From Lingula anatina (taxonomy: Eukaryota > Animalia > Brachiopoda): a stretch of 64,000 bases of DNA. Both the position numbers and the translations under genes were made by a program. A model generated the notes under the pieces. That model saw only the letters and a program-made list of their open reading frames with translations. It had not been told where the DNA came from and did no database searches. Where the stretch lies: assembly GCA_051362555.1 (NCBI GenBank), contig CM120640.1, positions 67,620,788 to 67,684,787 on the forward strand. The letters run 5' to 3'. Of the stretch, positions 13,330 to 25,865 are shown one piece after another; position 1 is the first letter of the stretch, and each line of letters begins with the position of its first letter.

Positions 13330-13930
13330 TCAACCCCTCCCCAAGCCATACCAGTTACACTTATCTTTCCTTGCAGTGAGTAACACTTTTAAAGTAACAA
13401 AAAACATTCATCTTACAAATCTTCAAACAACAGCATATATAAAATACTTAAGTTAACTCCATTCAACACTGTTTCTGTACCCACATGGTAACAAATCTGT
13501 TTGAATGCATGCGCCTGTAGGTTTAAGCATTTAATAGGGTTAACAAATGGGAATTATTTTATATAAAATGGGCTCCCAACAAATCCCAAAGCCATACCAG
13601 TCTTATACAGTCTTTACTTGCACTATTTAATGCAATCATTCACCTCTCAAGCTTTCCAACAACAACATCATATAAAATACTTAGTTAACTCTATTCAAAA
13701 ACTGTTTCTAGTACTGTATCTGGTAAAATATTCATTTGAATGAAACATAAACTGCCATAAACATATGCATATATACCGGTACGTCCATTAAGCAGTACAG
13801 GGAAATAAATTTTCTTATATTTCCAAAGCCATACCAGTCTAATGCTGTCTTTACTTGCATCAAATAACACTATGTAGGAACAATATTGTTCATATCACAA
13901 AATGTACAAACAACAACATAAAAAATTCTG
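13330..13930. repeat. Old degenerate ~240-bp tandem array (3 units)
   Basis: AAGCCATACCAGT recurs at ~13343, ~13589 and ~13826. A reverse-complement homologue lies at ~29160-29305. Confidence 0.65.
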
Positions 13931-14447
13931 TAGAACAGTTTCATTAGCTATGTTATTATAATAGACTTGTGAAGATTCTTTTGTCTATAGCTATTTATAT
14001 TAGTTTGATTTTACCATCCAATATTTCATCTGCTTGCAGTCAGATTTCATCAGGGAATGAGGTTGTGACAGGTATGACATGAATCATGAATCTTATAATA
14101 GTGTTGTTGTTGTCTGCTTTTCCCGCGGTTTTAAGTAGGTCACCAGTGACTTTGCAATGTCAGAGTGAGCTCCGTCAGTTAAAATCTCTTAAGAGATTTA
14201 ACAAAAAACCGTACGTTTAGGAAAAAAACCCTGGATTAACTTTGAATGCAGGAATGGGGTCGTTGGCCATTGGTAAGTACGTTTTTTTCCAGGAAAATCC
14301 AATTTTTGGCCAAAACGAAGAGTTATTATGACTTTAATTAATAGTCAATCTTGACTAAGGTATCCAAATTTAATTTCTCAATAAGCATGTAACATGATAC
14401 ATACTTTCAACTCAGGACCAAAAAAAAAAAAAAAAAAAAAAAAACCA

Positions 14448-14914
14448 TCAGTCTGAATCCGAGGATGATGATACAATTGTCTCTTGCAAAGCCTGGACTC
14501 TTGTCTTTTTCTGAAAATAACACATTGAAGTGATTGCAAGTGATTGTCCTTCATATCCCTATTAAACTGAAGTGTTTACATGTAAATTCAACATAAGTAA
14601 AGGGATTGGCATGGAGATCAACATCATCAGAATGAGAATAAACTGATCTATTTAAGAAACCAACTGATACATGTAGTGCAAACATGGAAAAGAATCTTAT
14701 TTTTGTATTAAAAAAGTAATTTCTATTTTTTAAATATGTGTTAAAAGAGACAAAAGAAAATGAATATGATTAAATACAAGGATGTAATACATACCAATTT
14801 TCTTCAACAATCTTCGCTGCCTTCCTCCCTCCCGGCCACTGGCATTCTTCAACCACACGTCTTCATGATCCTTTCCGCGTCACTTTCCATTATACCAAAT
14901 TTTTTTGGCAGCAT
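14448..14914 (-). pseudogene. Decayed DUF4806-like (BEN-related) C-terminal exons, probably CACTA/EnSpm accessory gene
   Basis: Exon 14795-14914 (TAACAG acceptor, GTATGT donor) reads FGIMESDAERIMKT/WLKNASGREGGRQRRLLKK across a frameshift, matching the W-L-x-x-A-x-x-R-x-G-G-R motif. Exon 14448-14510 (TTTCAG acceptor) reads KKTRVQALQETIVSSSSDSD*. Confidence 0.6.
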
Positions 14915-16404
14915 CTGTTAAAGTAAAAACATTTTTATATATGGTTTATGAGAGCAATGTTAATTTATCATATTCCAGCACTAAAATTTAAACTGTAAAT
15001 AACAGAGGTGATGCTAGAGTCATTAAAGAAAACATCATACAAAATTTCAGGTTATATCTTGGCAAATAAACAACATTTCAACAAGATCTTCAGTCCCAAA
15101 AGATTTCACTTTCTTCACTTTCTTTAGTGAGTAGATAGCATACAACGTATTTGATTGACAGGCAGTATGTTGCCTTGACAACAAACTAGATATAGCCAGT
15201 TCATCCAGTCCAATCTGGCTTTGTAACCAGGCAGCACAGTACTTGTGTAGTTTCTGTTTTTGGAAGGGTCTTTATTACTAGATTTTTAACTAAATAAATG
15301 TTCAGTAGTGAACCTGATATGTGATTAAATTTTGTCTGATGAAGTTCTGGAGGGTGTTCACTTTCATAATTTGGCGGTAAGTTTGCTCAGACTTCGTATT
15401 GCGACTGCATGTGTTTTGTGCCAAAAGTAGGTCACTCTTTTCAATGCCGTCTAGGAAGAGGCAAAAAGAAGTTAGTATGCAACAGAAAATGATTTTTTAA
15501 AGATTTTTGCTCCACATTTCTAAAAAAAACATGACCTATTCGTCGGACAGCCAACCCTGCAACTTCACCTGTCCGAAGTGAATTTTTACCTGTCCAGTAC
15601 AGGCGGAGAGCCGCTGACGTCGAGCCCTGCTTAGATTCGACACAACAGCACAATCCCTGCAGAACATACCGTTTAATAAAAATATACTATGTGTACAATT
15701 TAATCGCACAGTATGCCTACAAGTATTTACAATGTATTAAAAAAGACTTACCTTCTTACAATAAGCACAGCACGTACGTCCAACTCGGTGGGAGAGCTGA
15801 CAGACAACACATATTTAGTGTAGTGCCAACAGTGTCTTATCTATCCTCAAACTCAATGGGGTTATTCATATCATGTTAATACAGCAAAATTGAAAGTTTG
15901 AATAGCAGCTTTATTGGAATATTTTTGTTTTATTATTATTATTATTATTATTATTTTTTTTTTTTTTTGCAAACACTGGCATTTTCAAGATGTGACTTTT
16001 AACTCCCATCCATTTGAACATTTGCGCATTTTCTGTATTTCCACATGCAGTTGTATTGGTATTTATGTCTTTAAACATTATGTAATATTATTTTATGCAC
16101 TGTCATCATTTTTCAAATATTGTGATTTTCATTATGTGAATTTGAACTCTCGTGGTCCTGAAACTGTAATCTTATTGCAGGGGCGAATTGAGACCGTCTT
16201 ACGGGCCTTTTGAAAGATGGTCAGATTTTAATGCTTACATTGACGGATATCTATTTTTTTCTGTTGGAAGACCATCAAAAATGGAAGATGAATCAACAAA
16301 GATAATTTGGAATACTGTCAGAAAATATCTCTCCCATTTGCTTCTGTTATTGACCATGTTATCTGTTGTTCATGATTAAAATTCAGTGTTGATTGACAGC
16401 ATCA

Positions 16405-17701
16405 CAGACTTTACGAAAGGCGTCGGACCGTCGGACATGCCTGGCAAATTTCGTCTCGGTCCGATAAAAAATCCTGTATCGTCGGACCTTATGTCCGGCG
16501 AGTTTTCAAACTGACTGGGAATGTGTAAATAGAAGGAATACGTTGTTGTTTCTTTTCTGGACGATATATTTTACTTCATTCGAAAAGAGAGACGGGGTGA
16601 AAATCTCGGGGAGTTCCCAGCTAATTACACATAATTTATTAACCTCAGTTTCACTCACAAATACTATTTTGTGACTGGCTGAGGTTGGGGAATTCCTGAA
16701 TGATGTAATGTACAGTCTCGTTTTCGTTTTCGTAATACCCTACACAACAAAATGGCCGCAACACATGTGCTCGTGCTATTTGCGTTTTTACAGACTTGAT
16801 CCTCTGTTTCTTCATTATCAATCGTACACATTACTCATGGATAAGCCTTTTGCTTATAAAATGACGTTGTTGAACTTTAAACACTTCGTTGGTGCAAAGC
16901 GTGGCAAAAATGAAAACGAAGTGAGGAAGAGAAACGGAAGTTTAATAAAATTGGAAAGAAGGTAGGCCCTGGCGGACTTATGATCTGTAGGAGAGGAAAA
17001 TAGTGTGTGCCGAGCGTCAGGAGTACTAAAGTTATCATTTTGATCAATAGCAACATAAATGTTACAGCTTTATTACGGGTTCTTAAATTATGGAACATAT
17101 GTACGTATTTGCATGTACCGTTCATCACGAGTTGGAGAAAGTGCACATGAACTTGATGAAAGCTCACAGTTTGAGTTTCTTTTTATAAAAAAAAAGAAAT
17201 AAAATGAAGAAGGAACTTAGACTCGGACTGGACAGTCCCTGTCAAAGCTTCAATTGGATGAAAGAGACTGTCTTACTATGCTGTTTCAAAATGCATATGT
17301 TATTGCCAAAAACGTGTGAAATGGTTATTTGATTAACAGACGTTTTTATGGACATACATTTGATATTACTAGCTACACATTCTTCATACTTGTAATGTTT
17401 TTAGTCCTTGTGTCATTCCACAGCGTCTTTTTCATTAAATAAAAAACAACTTGGTTTGCAAGTAATTTTTTGCCTTTTTTTTTTTGTTTTTCTTTCTTAT
17501 TTTACTTTTCTACAAATAAATATATATCAAAAAATTAATATTTGATTTTATGTCAATGATTTAAAACATTAGAAAATACACAAATAATTTTATATTTCTA
17601 TTATTTTACTTCGGTCTGACAGATTTTGTTTCGGTCTGACAAAATTTTCAGGCTTGTCAGACCGAATGTCTGACAGATTTTTTGGCCTTTCGTAAAGTCT
17701 G
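16405..17701. mobile_element. Non-autonomous hAT-like element A with 6-bp TSD
   Basis: Perfect 17-bp TIR CAGACTTTACGAAAGGC. TSD GCATCA at 16399-16404 and 17702-17707. Subterminal TCGGAC/GTC(C/T)GAC motifs. Confidence 0.92.
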
Positions 17702-18696
17702 GCATCAGTCTGTGCCAAAAACTTTTTAGACTACTAGCCCTTCGGGCTAGCAGACTCTCAAACTTTACTAGCCCGAACCAAAAAACACTAGCCCAATTTA
17801 AATAATTCATTTAAAAAGTTTAAGTAGATGTACTTATTATAGAAGTAGAGCAAGTGAATAACAAAGTCAATCAGGTTAATTTTCAGTTGATGGGGTGGTA
17901 AAATTGATTTAAAATATATTTAATTATTTAATATTGAAAAAATTCCCTTTTTTAATATGTAATACTGAATATAGTTACCCTTACTTTTCATATTTTTATA
18001 ATACCTTTCTTTCCATTTTTATATGCGATCAAAATCTTTTTTTAAATTCCTTTTCTTTTTATTGATAATCGCTCTTTTCTAACAATTTATTTCTAATTAC
18101 ATCGGTATATAATGCCACTTCTAATTTAAAATACATAGGTGCTGTAAGGGTAATTAAACAAACGTCTTGCAATTTTTATGTACAGACACAGAAGTGTCTG
18201 TACATATAGCCATCATCTGCGTCTGTCGTCGCCGTTGCCGTCGCCGTCGTCGCCGTGCACTTTTACCGATAACACGATAAGTGGAAACTATTTTTTCTTT
18301 TGGCTTGAAACTTACAGAACTGATGAATATTCATAATATGCAGGTCAAGTTCGAAAATCAGCATGATCGGGTCACTTATAGGGAATTTATGCTGTTTTTT
18401 CACTTTTTTCAGCATATATGCAGCACCGATAACACAATAAGTGAAAAACCATTTTACCTTTTGGCTTGAAACTTACAGAACTGATGAATATTCATAATAC
18501 GCAGGTCAAGTTCGAAAATCAGCATGATCGGGTCACTTATAGGGAATTTATGCTGTTTTTTCACTTTTTTCAGCATGTATGCAGCACCGATAACATGATT
18601 AGTGGAAAACCATTTTACCTTTTGGCTTGAAACTTACAGATCTGATGAATATTTATAATACGCAGGTCAAGTTCGAAAATCAGCGTGATTGGGTCA

Positions 18697-21600
18697 TTTT
18701 TATGTACAGACACAGATGTGTCTGTACATATTGCCATCACCTGCGTCTGTCGTCGCCGTTCATGTCGCCGTCGATGTCGCCGTCGCCGTGCACTTTCAGC
18801 GTTAACACCATAAGTGGAAGACAGTTTTACTTTTTGGCTTTATATTTACAGAGCTGATGAATATTCATAAAACGCAGGTCAAGTTCGAAAATCAGCATGA
18901 TCGGGCCATTATTGTAGAATTTATGCTGTTTTTTCACTTTTCAGCATATATGCAACACTGTTAACACATTTCAAAGAAAACCGATAGGCCTGTTGTCATG
19001 AAACTCACAGGAGTAATCAATCTTACTAAAACGCAGGTCAAGTTTGAAAATCGCCATGATCGGGCCACCATTTTAGTAGTTATGCTGTTTTTTCACTTTT
19101 CAGCATATATGCAACACTGTTAACACATTTCAAAGAAAACCGATAGGCCTGTTGTCATGAAACTCACAGGAGTAATCAATCTTACTAAAACGCAGGTCAA
19201 GTTCGAAAATCAGCATGATCGGGCCTTTATTTTAGAAGTTATGCTGTTTTTTCACATTTCTTCAGATTCAATTATTAGGCATGTTAACAGTCTCATTATT
19301 TAACTAATAAGATACGTAAAAGTGTTTGTTTGATATTTCCTGCATCTTTACAACATTGTTAATTGATTGTGTAAAAATGATGGTAAACTTGTTATCGTGT
19401 ATTGTGTAATAAACTGTCAAAAATGGTAATAAACTCATCATTGCAGTTTGTCAGATTCAATCATCCACTATGTTCAGAATCTCAGAATGGAGGAAATTGG
19501 ACATTAAACACTGTTCTATTGATATTTTTCCCATCTCATCAATTTTCTTAGTTGGTCATATAAAAATGGCAACAAACTGTTTATTTTGTTTTATGTTTAA
19601 AAAATGTTAAAAATGGAAATAAACCCATTTCAGAACAGTGCTGTCTTGTTTACATTTTGGCATTTTTAAGATGTGACTTTGAAGTTCCATGGGCCTGAAG
19701 ACCTTTGCTAGTCACATTTTCTGAATATCCATGATACTAATATTTTATTATTAAAAATTGATGGTTATTATCCTGTTAAACATTATGTAATATTGCATCA
19801 AAATTTGAAGAAACCCCTATTTTGGGCACTGCTCCCATGATGACCATTTAAGAAAAACCATGTCACTTACTGTTTTCAAACTTACAGGAAAGAAACATGG
19901 GGCTAAAATACAGCTTCAGTAGGCAATGCAGTCTGTTTGGTAATTTTTTTCTGGCAGTTAAACAGTTTTTTGTGAAAATTTAATTTTTCACTTATTGGCA
20001 TTTTCAAGGTGTGTCTTTGAAGTTCCATGATCCTGAAGACCTTTGCTTATCACGTTTTCTGAATGTCCATGTTACTAATATTCTATTATTAAAAATTGAT
20101 GGTCATTATGCTATTAAGCATTATGTAATATTGCATCAAAATAGAAGAAAACACAATTTTTGGTGCTGCTGCTATGATGAGCATTATGGGAAAACCGTGT
20201 TATGACTGTCAAACCTTTAAAAAAGAAACACAGGACTAAAATGCAGAATGAGTTGGAAAAGCAGTCTAATTGGCTTCTTTTTCTGGAAGTTATACATTTG
20301 AGTGAAATATTCATTATCTTTTTGGCATATTCATTGTGGGACTCGGAGCTCCCATGGACATGAAGCCGAATGGTTATCAAATTTTCTACATGTCCATGCT
20401 ATTTATTGTCAATAATCAAAGATTGGTGATAATTATTCTATAATTTATTATGTAATGTTACATCAAAATTGACAACAATATTTTTGCATTGCTACTGCAA
20501 ACATTATGAAAAGAAAACTGTGTTACTTATTATTATTTTTAACTTACAAGTATGATTTTTAGGATTGGCATGCAGTTCAAATTAGAAAGCCAGGTCAATT
20601 GGGTTATCATTTATTATTGAATTTATGCAATTTTGTGTGAAATTTTCATTTTTCTCATTCTGGCACTTTCTAAGTATAAACTTGAACTCTGATGGGCCTG
20701 AAGCCTTATGCTTTTACTTTCGTCGTTGTTACCTGTTGTGCATAATTAAAATTTGATGTTGACTGTGCAGTAAAACATAATGTATTATTGCATCAGAATT
20801 GGTAGTCTCCTATTTTGTGCATTATTGTTTTGTGCTTTTCTTAAGATGTGACTTATGGGCCTGAAAGACCTTTGAGAGGGTCAGTCTGTTAATATCCCTT
20901 GGGTATCACTTAGCTAATTTCTGAGTTATAAAGTCATTTGCCTAATTGATAGGCCATTAAAGGAGATTACATAAAGCACACTTGTTTATATTTCCTTGTA
21001 AACTCCCAAAAGTTAAGTTCTCTGCTAGATTAATAAGATTAATAATAAGGAAGCAGTGATAATTATGTAGGTTATTATATATGATCAAAGATTAAAAGTT
21101 TGAATGGCAGCTTCATTGAAATTATATTTACCTCAGGCTCTGCCTAGGAGGTTATATTTTCACCCCTGTTTGTCTGTCATCAACATAACTCAAAAAGTTA
21201 TGGACCGATTTTGCTGAAATTTTCAGGAACTGTCAGAATTGGGCCAAAGAGGACAATGATTAGTTTTTAGTGGTGGTCTGGCTCAATAATCAACAATAAT
21301 CAACAATTGCTGCCTTGGCAGAGGTCTGCACTCTCGGTGGTTTTCTAGTTTTGTTAGGTTTTCCTTTACAATTTTTTCTCAAACACTTGCATTTGTGACT
21401 TTTAACTCTCATCCGCTCGAGGCTCTGCACATTTTCTGTATTTCCACATAAGCAATTGTATTGTTTTTTATGTCTTTAAACATTATATAAAATTATTTTA
21501 TGCACTGTCATCATTTTTCAAATATTGAGACTTTCATCATGTGACTATAGTCTCTCATGGTCCTGAAACTATAATCTTATTGAAGGGGTGGATTGAGACC

Positions 21601-21910
21601 ATCTTCTGGGTCTTCTTGAAGACAGGTTATTAAGTTTATATTGACTGGTATCTATTTTTTTCTGTTGGAAGACCATCAAAATGGAGGATGGATCAACATA
21701 GATACTTTGGAATACTGTCAGAAAATATCTCAGGGTCCGCTCCTGTTATTGACCATGTTACCTGTTGTGCATGATTAAAATTCAGTGTTGACTGACAGTG
21801 CTATTATAAGCATTATTTATTATTGCATCAAAATTGACAAAATGACCTTTTTTTTGCATCTTTATTTTCTGTTTTTTTGTCTGTACATTTGACAGCTTTG
21901 CTGCCTTGTT
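18697..21910 (+). mobile_element. Complete HINE-1 inserted in a T-run of another HINE-1 monomer
   Basis: Head follows GGGTCA-TTTTT, and the tail CCTTGTT is followed by TCACTTTTTTCAGC of the host monomer. Confidence 0.9.
21127..21350 (+). mobile_element. Mini-HINE (family 3, ~225 bp) carried as cargo in HINE-1
   Basis: TTTACCTC...TGCC(T/A)AGGAGGTTA head, GTTTGTCTGT microsatellite, 3' CCTTGGCAGAGGT sub-TIR and TTTTCTAGTT end. Orthologous inserts are at 38079-38302(-), 54930-55164 and 56988-57225. The site is empty at ~11600, ~15920 and ~22630. Confidence 0.8.
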
Positions 21911-22814
21911 TCACTTTTTTCAGCATATATGCAGCACCGATAAGACGATAAGTGGAAAACCATTTTACCTTTTGGTTTCAAACTTACAGAACTGATGAAT
22001 ATTCATAATACGCAGGTCAAGTTTGAAAATCAGTATGATTGGGTCATTTTTAGGGAAGTTATGCTGTTTTTCACTTTTTTCAGCATATATGCAACACCGA
22101 TAACATGATAAGTGGAAAACCATTTAACCTTTTGGTTTGAAACTTGCAGAACTAATGAATATTCATAATACGCAGGTCAAGTTCGAAAATCAGCATGATC
22201 GGGTCATTTTTAGGGAAGTAATGCTGTTTTTTCACTTTTTTCAGCATGTGCTATATGACGGTACTGTATGGATAGCAGTCTTTAAAATTGTCCCTTGGGT
22301 GATCACTAATTAAATTGAGGTCTATAAAGTCATTTGCCTACTCATTAATTTTCAATTGGCCATTAAATGAGATTACATAAAACACTCCTTGAGATTTCCC
22401 TGTAAAGTCCCATAGGTTTAGCTCTCTTAACTGTGTCACAAAATTAGGATTTGGTGATAATTGTGCAGATAAATGGTGTTTAACATTGCAAATAATTTAC
22501 AACAAAAAGAATGTGTTATGCCAACATGCTATAGATGAATAACAGTGCTTTATTTTTCTCAAACTTGGTGGGGTTATTAATATCAAGTTAATACAGCTAG
22601 ATTAAAAGTTTGAATAGCAGCTTTATTGGAATTTTTACGTTTTATTTAAAATTTTTTGAAAATTATTTTTCAAACACTAGCATCTTCAAGATGTGATTTT
22701 ATACTCCCATCCACCAGAAGCGCTGTGCATTTTCTGTATTTTTGTATATAATTGTTATTTCTTCAGATTTAATTCTTAGGCATGTTAACAGTCTCATTAT
22801 GGAATAATAAGATA

Positions 22815-24699
22815 TGGTAATGTGCCAAGCATTTCGACCGGCCCAGTCAATCCGACCACAAAAATTATTTTATAAAATTAATTTTTCTGGGCTCAAACAA
22901 TTAGTCCATACGTCAAAATCATGGGACAGAATTTTTTTCTTGTTCCGATTGTTCGACCACATCGTCGACAAGACTCGGTAAATTTTCAAGCCAGTGAAAT
23001 AGATGCTGCATGCCTCGGCCCTTTGTCAATTGTTGTCCTTTCAATAGCTCTCGTCAATGAGGAAGAAACAATTAATTGAAGATCTAATCTGGAAGCATGA
23101 CGTACCTGTCTTTTCCTTTGTCCCCGATGACAATAATAGTGCTTATAGACATACAAATTTTGCTATTAAGCAGACTTGCCCTCGCTGACTGATTCATCAC
23201 GCCCGTAACTGGGGAGGGGGGGGGGGTTAAAAAAAGGTCTATTCTGGATGAAACCAAATATCGACAGTGGGTAGAATATGTCGTAAACACCTTCATATAG
23301 ACCATATATCGCGTTTGCTAGCACTAATAAAAAGTTTGGGAAGAATAAGCAATTTATTTTCAAGTTCGATTGAAATATATATGCAGATGGGGAAACGTTC
23401 TTGAAGGCAACACCGCAAGATCTTACATTTACTACAATCGACCGAAAGATCAGCGGGATCGACCGCCCAGACTTCTTGGCGCCAAATACCACGCGCTGTC
23501 AAAATCTGACGAACACGTGTCGCTGTTCACCTACATGGATAACTGATTTGTCAACAATAAAAATGACGTCTTCCTTAACTCCATGGGAGCTTCATAGAGA
23601 GTTCCACTGGGTATTTACGTTACCTGTGAGTCAGTTTCTGTTTCCCCAGATGCATGAAATGTTGATAATATTTAGCGTATTCCACGACGAACTCCATTCC
23701 TGTGACCCCCTCCCCCAAAATGGGACCGTCTTCATTAACATGTGGTTTGCGCTATGCTAGAGCAGACCAGATAAAACCAGTCTCTCATTTCTGCATGTGC
23801 TCAATTCTCACGTCAAATTATAAATGCACCTGTTTTGTGAAAATTATGGCAAGTAAATGCTATTTTTACGTTCTGGTTGTATCAGTGGGGTTTTCAATAT
23901 GCACCGTGGTTTGTGCACAGCGAGAGTATATAAGTAAGAAAATCGGAAGAATGCCAGCAAAATGCTGTATGTCTATCGCCACAGGTACGCTCCGTATTTT
24001 GCCTTTTGTCAATATGTTTTTATATGACATGCTTTTTAAATAAAATACTTAATAGTAATTTGAAGTTACACTGATTTCCGTTTGAGTACCAGTTGGTATT
24101 CTTTGATACGGGTGATTGAATTTTCTTCGGAAGTACGTACGTCTACGCCTCGACGCTGAGCAAGCCTTGCGGGTTGAAAAAAACTGATCTCAGACTGGTA
24201 AAAAATTTCAATTCGGTTGATTTCAGTTGTCATATTAAAATTCAAATAGGGCGTACGTAGATCACATAACTAGTTTAAGTCCACTAAAGCCACCGGTTTC
24301 AAATATAAGTGACCGGCCTGTGTTTACAACACCATACTCGTCCCACTTGTGAAGGGCATCATGAAAGTGACCGTAGGTGAGGGAAATATATAATTAAAAA
24401 TTATAATTGTCGTCTTTTTTAATGTTAAGTAATGTTAGCACATATTGTACACAGCAAAATAAGATTTCAGGAGGATAAAACATGCCTGAAACACATGTTA
24501 GGCGAAAATTGCGGCTTATCTTGCGTAACACTTCCGGTAAAATGCAATACTTCCGGAAAGATGAACGTTTTGGCAGATGCCCCTAACAATCCGACGATAT
24601 CAAAGGTTTCCATTTGCTGTATTTTAATCAATTCGACCAAACTGACATTTCCATGAAATTAATTAATTAATCTTGGTCGAATTGTTTGGCATATTACCG
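22815..24699 (+). mobile_element. 1.88-kb non-autonomous TA-targeting TIR element C (Tc1/mariner-pogo-like)
   Basis: ~25-bp imperfect TIR (C/T)GGTAAT(G/A)TGCCAA..TTCGACC. TA is duplicated within host GA-TA-TGTAAAAG. No transposase ORF is recognisable. Confidence 0.88.
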
Positions 24700-25507
24700 T
24701 ATGTAAAAGTGTTGTTTTGACATTTTCTGCTTCTTAACAATATTGTTTGTTGATTATATAAAAATGACGGTAAACCTGTTATAATATTGTGCATTGTGTA
24801 ATAAAGTATCATAAATGGAAAGGAACTCATCATTGCAGTTTGTCAGATTTAATCATTCACTGTGTTCAGCATCTGCAAATGGAGCAAATTGGACATTGAA
24901 AAATTGTTCTATTGATATTTTTCCTATGTCAACAATTTTCCTAGTTGAACATATAAAAATGACATTTTTTTTATCATTTTGTTTTAAAAAAGGTGTTGAA
25001 AATGGAAAGAAAATCATTTCAGTACAGTTATCTCTTGATTACATTTTGGCATTTTGAAAGTGTGACTCTGAACTTCCATGGCCTTGAAGACCTTCCCAAA
25101 TCACATTTTCTGAATATTCATGATACTTTTATTTTTTTATAAAAAATTTGATGGTCATTATGCTGTTAAGTATTATGTTTTATTGCATGAAAGTTGAAGA
25201 AAACCCTATTTTGGACACTGCTGCCAGGATAGCGATTAAGGGAAAACCATGTTACTTACGATACTGAAACTTAGTGAAAAGTTTCATAAGACAGAAGTGC
25301 GCAGCTTGTGTTTGAAAACCAGTGTGATTGTTTTCTGTTTTGGAGGCAATGCAGGTTTATAGAGTGCTATACTGGCATTTTCAAGTTGTGACTTATCACT
25401 CCCATCTGCCAGGAGCCCTGTACTCTTACTTTGTAACATTTTCTGTATTTTGTTAAGTTACAAGAATGATTCTTAGGATTGACATACAGCCAAAAAAAAA
25501 AAAAAAA

Positions 25508-25552
<45 letters not shown>

Positions 25553-25648
25553 GAGTTTAAGCAATTTTTTTTTGTGTGTAATTTTCACTGTACCTCATTC
25601 CTCATTCTGGCATTTCCAAAGTTAAACTCTTATCAGCCTGACACCTTA

Positions 25649-25865
25649 GGGACTATTTCCAGACCCTATCACGCTAACTGTGGATCGATCTATCTCCATG
25701 GGAATTCTCGCTAAATTGCAATCAATGTAAGTGACTTAGTTGTCTGTCACGCCTACTGAAACTGGCATGCAAGAATCCTAAGACTCAAACTGAAAGCAAT
25801 TTAGTGAGAAACCCCTTGGAGTTGGATTGATCCTGTTAGATTGATCTAGGTATGGGAACTTAGTC
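25649..25865. mobile_element. Harbinger-like MITE cargo, second copy
   Basis: Near-identical to 12715-12933 at the same host position. Confidence 0.55.

Noticed and set aside
15380-15629. hAT-like right end (GTCGAGCCCTG) with TGTCC motifs
   Set aside because: No left TIR or TSD was found, so the extent cannot be supported.
23084-24656. Cluster of overlapping 70-120 aa ORFs duplicated at 47109-48681
   Set aside because: Identity reflects recent element copying. There is no DDE/HTH motif, and the older copy does not preserve the frames.
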